This document shows positions 59,065 through 64,000 of a stretch of 64,000 nt of DNA, piece by piece. The DNA lies in assembly GCA_963786105.1 (NCBI GenBank), contig CAWAXX010000014.1:1-64000 (forward strand). Reading direction: 5' to 3'. Positions within the stretch are counted from its first letter, which is position 1; every line of letters begins with the position of its first letter. This stretch comes from Vulcanimicrobiota bacterium. Lineage in GTDB: Bacteria > Vulcanimicrobiota > Vulcanimicrobiia > Vulcanimicrobiales > Vulcanimicrobiaceae. The notes under the pieces are model-generated. The model saw only the letters and a program-made list of their open reading frames with translations, was not told where the DNA came from and ran no database searches. Both the position numbers and the translations under genes were made by a program.

Positions 59065-59970
59065 GTGCGCGCGACCATTCAGCTGTGCACGTACAACCGC
59101 AGCGAGCTTCTGGAGCGCGTGTTGGACGGTTGTCTCGAGCAGACCGTTCCCGACGACGCCTACGAAGTCGTGCTCGTCAACGACGGTTCGACCGACGACA
59201 CGGCGGCGACCATCGAACGGGCCGGAGCGCGTGCCGCCTGCCGTTTCACCGTCGTCAGCCAGCCGAACTCCGGTTTGGCCAAAGGACGTAACGCCGGCAT
59301 TGCCCGCGCGACCGGAGAGCGGATAATCTTCATCGACGACGACGTGCTGGTGCTGCCGAACTTCGTCGAGGAGCACTTGCGCTCGCACGCATCGCATCCG
59401 CAATCGATCGTGCGCGGCGGCGCGATCGAGGTCGAAAGTTTCGACGACTTGCCGCCGCCCGTATGGAGCATCCGGAACTACAGCGGGAACTATTTCTGGA
59501 CGACCAACGTGTCGGTGCCGCTGGCCACCATGCGCACGATCGGCGGTTTCGATGAATCGTTTTCCGAATACGGCTGGGAAGACATCGACGTGGGCCTGCG
59601 GCTCCGGCGCGCCGGCGTAAAGGCTGCCTTCAATCCTAAGGCGCTGGCCTACCACCATAAGCCGCGTCTGCGCAGCGGCGGCGTCGAGAGGATGGTGCGC
59701 CAAGCCCGCGCGCAGGCTCGCACCGCCGTGCGCCTCGCGAAGCTCCATCCGCACTGGCGAACGTATCTCGCGACCGGGATCAATCCATTGCAACGACGCT
59801 TTCACGAAGTTACGCGGGGCTTGAATTTCGCCGGCCGGTTCCGCGCGAGGATCGGCGACGTGACCTCCGACCGGCGGCTGGACGAGCGGGAACTCCGCGC
59901 CGCGCGAGGGCTGGCTGCCGAGGCGTACTTCGAAGAGTTGGAACGAGCGCTCCAATCCGAGCGCCGATGA
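59065..59970 (+). CDS. GT2 glycosyltransferase
   Basis: CTYNR, VNDGSTD, FIDDD, GGFDESF.EYGWED. Confidence 0.9.
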   Translation: MRATIQLCTYNRSELLERVLDGCLEQTVPDDAYEVVLVNDGSTDDTAATIERAGARAACRFTVVSQPNSGLAKGRNAGIARATGERIIFIDDDVLVLPNFVEEHLRSHASHPQSIVRGGAIEVESFDDLPPPVWSIRNYSGNYFWTTNVSVPLATMRTIGGFDESFSEYGWEDIDVGLRLRRAGVKAAFNPKALAYHHKPRLRSGGVERMVRQARAQARTAVRLAKLHPHWRTYLATGINPLQRRFHEVTRGLNFAGRFRARIGDVTSDRRLDERELRAARGLAAEAYFEELERALQSERR

Positions 59971-60953
59971 CGCAACGAATTCTCCTATCGCGCACCGATC
60001 GCATCGGCGACCTGATTTTGTCGACGCCGGCGATCGCGACGGTGCGCGCGTCGTTTCCCCACGCGCACGTCACCATGGTCGTCAGCCCGTACAACGGCGT
60101 GGTGATGGAACGGAATGACGACGTCGACGAACTCGTCGTGCTGTCCGAAAAGGCCGGCCGGCGCGGATTGGGTCGCGCGCACGGCACGTTCGATATCGCA
60201 ATTGCGCTGGCGCCGCGCGCCGTCGACCTGCGGCTCACCGGCGCGACGGGCGCGGCCATTCGGGTCGGCTATACGTACGAGCGCCGGTGGTTCGCGCGCC
60301 TCACGGCGCCGTTGTACGTCAACCGGCTGATGATTTCCGAAGCCGACCCCGAGCTGTGCGAGCGCGAACCGAATCGCATCGTCCGCCATGAAGTCGTACA
60401 GTTGCTCGATCTGGTCGGTATTGCGGGAGCGCATCGGCGCGTCGACCGGCTGCGCCTGGACATCACCGAAGAGGATCGCGTCGTGGCGGCAACGCTTCCG
60501 CCCGACCCGATCGTCGTGCATTTGGGTCAGCGATGGTTTCGCAACGGAAGCACGCTGCCGACGGCGCTGGCGATCGTGAAGCGGTTGGCGTCGTTCGCTC
60601 CGGTGGTCATCACCTGTGCCCGCGAGTGCGAAGACGTCGCCCCGGCCTTCGAGGCGGCCGGCGACGTCAGCCGTCTGCTTCGCCGGCTGCCGTTCCACCA
60701 GTGGGCGGCCGTGTTCGAGCGCGCGCGCATCGTGGTGACGGTCGACACCGGTGCGACACATGTCGCAAGTGCCGTCCGAAGGCCCACGGTCGTCGCTTTC
60801 GAACACCGCTACTTCCGGCTGAATTCGCAAGAGTGGGCGCCCTACGGCGTCCCTCACGTGCTGGTTCGCAAGCCGGCCGGCGAGGATACCGCGTCGCTCG
60901 CGCAGTTCTGCGGCGAAATCGAACGCGGCGTCTCCACCTTGATGAGCGCGTGA
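59967..60953 (+). CDS. GT9 family protein
   Basis: RTDRIGDLILSTP, DTGATHVASAV..PTV, WAP. Confidence 0.88.
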   Translation: MTQRILLSRTDRIGDLILSTPAIATVRASFPHAHVTMVVSPYNGVVMERNDDVDELVVLSEKAGRRGLGRAHGTFDIAIALAPRAVDLRLTGATGAAIRVGYTYERRWFARLTAPLYVNRLMISEADPELCEREPNRIVRHEVVQLLDLVGIAGAHRRVDRLRLDITEEDRVVAATLPPDPIVVHLGQRWFRNGSTLPTALAIVKRLASFAPVVITCARECEDVAPAFEAAGDVSRLLRRLPFHQWAAVFERARIVVTVDTGATHVASAVRRPTVVAFEHRYFRLNSQEWAPYGVPHVLVRKPAGEDTASLAQFCGEIERGVSTLMSA

Positions 60954-60968
60954 CTCCCGTTTTCTTAC

Positions 60969-61880
60969 ATGCTTGATATTTCCGTCGTCATTCCTACGTA
61001 CAACCGCCTCGACACGTTAGAGCACGTCATCCCAACGTTGCTCGCGCAGGATCTGCCGCGCGATCGGTTCGAATTGCTGGTGTGCGATTCGCGCTCGGTC
61101 GACGGCACGGCGGAGTACCTCGCGCGGGTTGCCGCCGAGAATCCCAACGTGCGCCATCTGCCCGGTTCTTACAGCGGGCGCGCGGCCGCGCGCAACGCCG
61201 GCATCGCGGCCGCTCGGGGCGACATCGTGCTGTTCAACGACTCCGACATCCTGGCGTCGCCGGATTTGCTTTCGCAGCATCTGCGCCGCCACCGCGAGCG
61301 CGGGGGCATCGCCGTAGTCGGCTGGGAAGTGCAGGTGAAGGACCTTGCGGACTACGCGCGCAAACGCGATCGACCGGAAGAACGCGGCCACCTTCACCCG
61401 CCGGCGCGCAAACGGCTGTCGTGGCTGTACTTTTTGACCGGTAACGCGTCGGTCCGTCGCGACGATCTTCAACGGGTGGGCGGCTTCGACGAGAGTTTCA
61501 CCGGTTACGGACACGAGGATCTGGAACTCGGCTACCGGTTGGCGAAGGCCGGGCTCGAAGTCGTGTACGAACCGGGCGCGATAAATTATCATTGTCAAGA
61601 CGTCGGTCACGACGATCAGAAGGAAAAGATGAAACTGGCCGGCCGGTCTACCGTGCGGTTCTACCGCAAACATCCCGACTTTGCGGTAAAACTGAATCTC
61701 GGCATGACGCCGGTATCCTTGGGTTTGCACTCGGTGTTGACGCGCGCGCCGCTGCTCCTCGGCTATTTCGACAAGCGGGCGGCGGACTCGAAGTTCGCGC
61801 GCGATCTCGTGCAACAATACTATTACGTGTCGGGCATCAAAGAGGCGCTGGCTACCGGCCAAAACGAGGGCGATGGATAA
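60969..61880 (+). CDS. GT2 glycosyltransferase
   Basis: SVVIPTYNR, ARNAG, FNDSD, GGFDESF.GYGHED.ELGYRL. Confidence 0.9.
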   Translation: MLDISVVIPTYNRLDTLEHVIPTLLAQDLPRDRFELLVCDSRSVDGTAEYLARVAAENPNVRHLPGSYSGRAAARNAGIAAARGDIVLFNDSDILASPDLLSQHLRRHRERGGIAVVGWEVQVKDLADYARKRDRPEERGHLHPPARKRLSWLYFLTGNASVRRDDLQRVGGFDESFTGYGHEDLELGYRLAKAGLEVVYEPGAINYHCQDVGHDDQKEKMKLAGRSTVRFYRKHPDFAVKLNLGMTPVSLGLHSVLTRAPLLLGYFDKRAADSKFARDLVQQYYYVSGIKEALATGQNEGDG

Positions 61881-63642
61881 GATCAGAACGTCGTGCGGAG
61901 CGTTGCGGGCATCCGACGAAGGCCGGCGCGCGGAGCTATGCGGCTGGATCAATCGCCGGCGCGATCACGGGGGGCTCATCTTCGTCGATCTTCGCGATCG
62001 CGACGGCGTGACGCAGATCGTGTTCGACCCTCAGAATCCGAGCTTCGGGGATGCCGAACACTTGCGGCACGAGGACGTCTTGCAAGTGCGCGGAAGCGTG
62101 CGGCGGCGTCCGGCCGGCACCGAGAACGTGCGGCTGGCGACCGGTGAGGTCGAGATGGCTGTCGAGGAGCTAGAGATCCTCAATCGTTCCCAGGTACCGC
62201 CGTTCCAGGTAAACGCCGACGATGCGGTGGACGAAAATCTGCGCCTGGAATATCGCTATCTCGATCTGCGCCGCAACCGCATGCAGGAGAACTTGCGCGT
62301 CCGCCATCGCATCGTCAAAGCGATGCGCGATTTCTTCGACGCCCGCGATTTCGTCGAAATCGAAACGCCGATGCTCATTAAATCGACGCCGGAAGGCGCG
62401 CGCGATTATCTGGTGCCCAGCCGCGTCCATCCCGGAACCTTCTACGCGCTGCCGCAGTCGCCGCAGATGCTCAAACAGATCCTGATGATCGGCGGTTTCG
62501 GCCGGTACATGCAAATCGCGCGCTGCATGCGCGACGAGGACCAGCGTGCCGACCGTCAGCCGGAGTTTACGCAGCTCGACGTCGAGATGTCGTTCTGTAC
62601 GGAGAACGACGTGCTCGAAACGATGGAGTCGTGCATGCGTTACGTGTGGAAGGCGGCTCTCGGCATCGACCTGCCGGCGTTCCCGCGCCTGAGCCACGAG
62701 GAAGCGATCTCAAAATACGGGCTCGACAAGCCGGACTTGCGTTTTGGGCTCGAACTCGTCGACGCCGGCGGTGTATTCGACGATACGGAGTTCGTGGTGT
62801 TCCGTTCCGCGCTCGAGGCCGGCGGCGCCGTGGTCGCTTTACGATATCCCGGCGGTGCGTCGTTGTCGCGCCGCGATTTCGATGCTTTGACCGAAACGGC
62901 GCGAGAGTTCGGTGCCAAGGGCATGGTTTGGATAGCCCTGGGTAACGACGGCGTGAAGTCGTCGGCGGCCAAATTCCTGAGCGACTCGACCGTGAAGGCG
63001 TTGCGCGCGGCGGCTGGAGCGGAAACCGGCGACGCCATCTTGCTCTTCGCCGACCCCCGGTCCGAGCTAGCGTATGCGGTTGCCGGCAAAATGCGCAATG
63101 AGGTCGGCGAGCGTTGCGGCCTGCGCGATCCCTCGCAATACGCATTTTGTTGGGTAACCGGCTTTCCATATCTCGAAATCGACGAGGCGACCGGCAAGCC
63201 CGCGCCGGCGCATCACCCGTTTACGGCGCCGGCACACGGACAGTGGGAGCTCATCGATACCGATCCGACCAAAATGCGCGCGCAGCATTACGACATGGTG
63301 CTCAACGGCTACGAACTCGGATCCGGATCGATCCGCATTCACAAGGCAGAGTGGCAGCGGAAAATTTTCGAGATGCTCGGATTGACCCCGGAGCAGATCG
63401 AGGACCGCTTCGGGTTTTTCGTGCGCGCTCTCGAGTACGGCGCCCCGCCTCACGGTGGAATGGCGCTGGGCGTCGATCGCATCGTCATGTTGGCATGCCA
63501 CGAAGAAAACATTCGCGACGTGATCGCGTTTCCAAAAAATCAGGTTGCGCGCGACCTCATGATGGACGCACCGTCGGTCGTGCCGGAGAAATTGGTAAAC
63601 GACTTGTACCTGCGAAGCACGGCGCCGAAGCCGCCGGAGTGA
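61873..63642 (+). CDS. aspS: Aspartate--tRNA ligase
   Basis: RRRDHGGLIFVDLRD, TPEGARDYLVPSR, LPQSPQ, RQPEFTQLD, HHPFT, GAPPHGG. Confidence 0.98.
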   Translation: MDKIRTSCGALRASDEGRRAELCGWINRRRDHGGLIFVDLRDRDGVTQIVFDPQNPSFGDAEHLRHEDVLQVRGSVRRRPAGTENVRLATGEVEMAVEELEILNRSQVPPFQVNADDAVDENLRLEYRYLDLRRNRMQENLRVRHRIVKAMRDFFDARDFVEIETPMLIKSTPEGARDYLVPSRVHPGTFYALPQSPQMLKQILMIGGFGRYMQIARCMRDEDQRADRQPEFTQLDVEMSFCTENDVLETMESCMRYVWKAALGIDLPAFPRLSHEEAISKYGLDKPDLRFGLELVDAGGVFDDTEFVVFRSALEAGGAVVALRYPGGASLSRRDFDALTETAREFGAKGMVWIALGNDGVKSSAAKFLSDSTVKALRAAAGAETGDAILLFADPRSELAYAVAGKMRNEVGERCGLRDPSQYAFCWVTGFPYLEIDEATGKPAPAHHPFTAPAHGQWELIDTDPTKMRAQHYDMVLNGYELGSGSIRIHKAEWQRKIFEMLGLTPEQIEDRFGFFVRALEYGAPPHGGMALGVDRIVMLACHEENIRDVIAFPKNQVARDLMMDAPSVVPEKLVNDLYLRSTAPKPPE

Positions 63643-63655
63643 TTTCGAGTACGCT

Positions 63656-64000
63656 ATGCGGACGTATGCGTTGCTCGCGATAACGCTGGCCATCACCATC
63701 GCCGGCTGCACGAGTTCGCGGCACGTTACGTCGGCGTCAAAGCCGGCACTGTCTGCGCTGGCGCCATGTGAATCCCGGGAAGTATCGCTCGACGGGGCCG
63801 ACGCCGTGGTGACGAGCAACGCCGACTCTACCTTGGCCTCGGTACACTTCGTCGACGGCGCCAGCGTCGCGGCGCGCCGGCAAGCACTGGTCACGATGTA
63901 CCGCGCGTTCGGTACCATCCACGTCGATACCGGCCTGGTGGCACGATCGTCGAAGTGGGGCCTCGCGACCTGGACCGACCGGTGCGGCCGGCCCGTCACG
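63656..64000 (+). CDS. Hypothetical lipoprotein, truncated by the window end
   Basis: ATG 63656, MRTYALLAITLAITIAGC lipobox; open to the end of the window. Confidence 0.65.
   Translation, partial: MRTYALLAITLAITIAGCTSSRHVTSASKPALSALAPCESREVSLDGADAVVTSNADSTLASVHFVDGASVAARRQALVTMYRAFGTIHVDTGLVARSSKWGLATWTDRCGRPVT

Noticed and set aside
1..64000. CRISPR arrays, integron attC cassettes, transposases, tRNA/rRNA
   Set aside because: No regularly spaced repeats, no attC-type boxes between the phosphoesterase genes, and no integrase/transposase or structural RNA signatures recognised by eye.

Overview
GC-rich bacterial window (about 65-70% GC in housekeeping genes by eye, markedly lower in the first ~9 kb). 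Gene content (expanded phosphoesterase lipoproteins, TIGR03803-like repeat protein, fabF-rnc-smc order, heptose/GT9 LPS genes) suggests Candidatus Eremiobacterota (Vulcanimicrobiota); this is inference only. Positions 1-37.7 kb are an accessory cell-surface block. It holds an ABC-transporter-dependent glycan locus (wzm, wzt, rfbA, rfbB, two GT2-GT4 fusions, a methyltransferase, a ~900-aa coiled-coil WbdD-like protein) and a polyprenol-phosphate sugar decoration set (GT2, PIG-L deacetylase, GtrA, GT-C). These genes are interleaved with seven AcpA/PlcH-type phosphoesterase lipoprotein paralogs, a sphingomyelinase-like metallophosphoesterase and a low-GC SPASM/radical SAM gene. Positions 37.8-64 kb are mostly housekeeping (fabF, rnc, smc, purH, a VOC protein, hisS, accB, gmhA, rfaE1/E2, LPS core glycosyltransferases, aspS), with an islet of two more phosphoesterases and two beta-propeller lipoproteins. 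The best leads are: (i) nine phosphoesterase paralogs with a shared acidic C-terminal tag; (ii) one beta-sandwich-like module shared by Wzt, the methyltransferase and two lipoproteins; (iii) an in-frame UGA at a C-x-C metal-binding position of a permease, followed by a SECIS-like hairpin (candidate selenoprotein); (iv) the coiled-coil ruler; and (v) a recurrent SigH-like promoter motif. The sequence has many 1-2 bp indels, even in fabF, and a fold-back at the start, consistent with an imperfectly polished long-read assembly. No rRNA, tRNA, CRISPR array or transposase was recognised.
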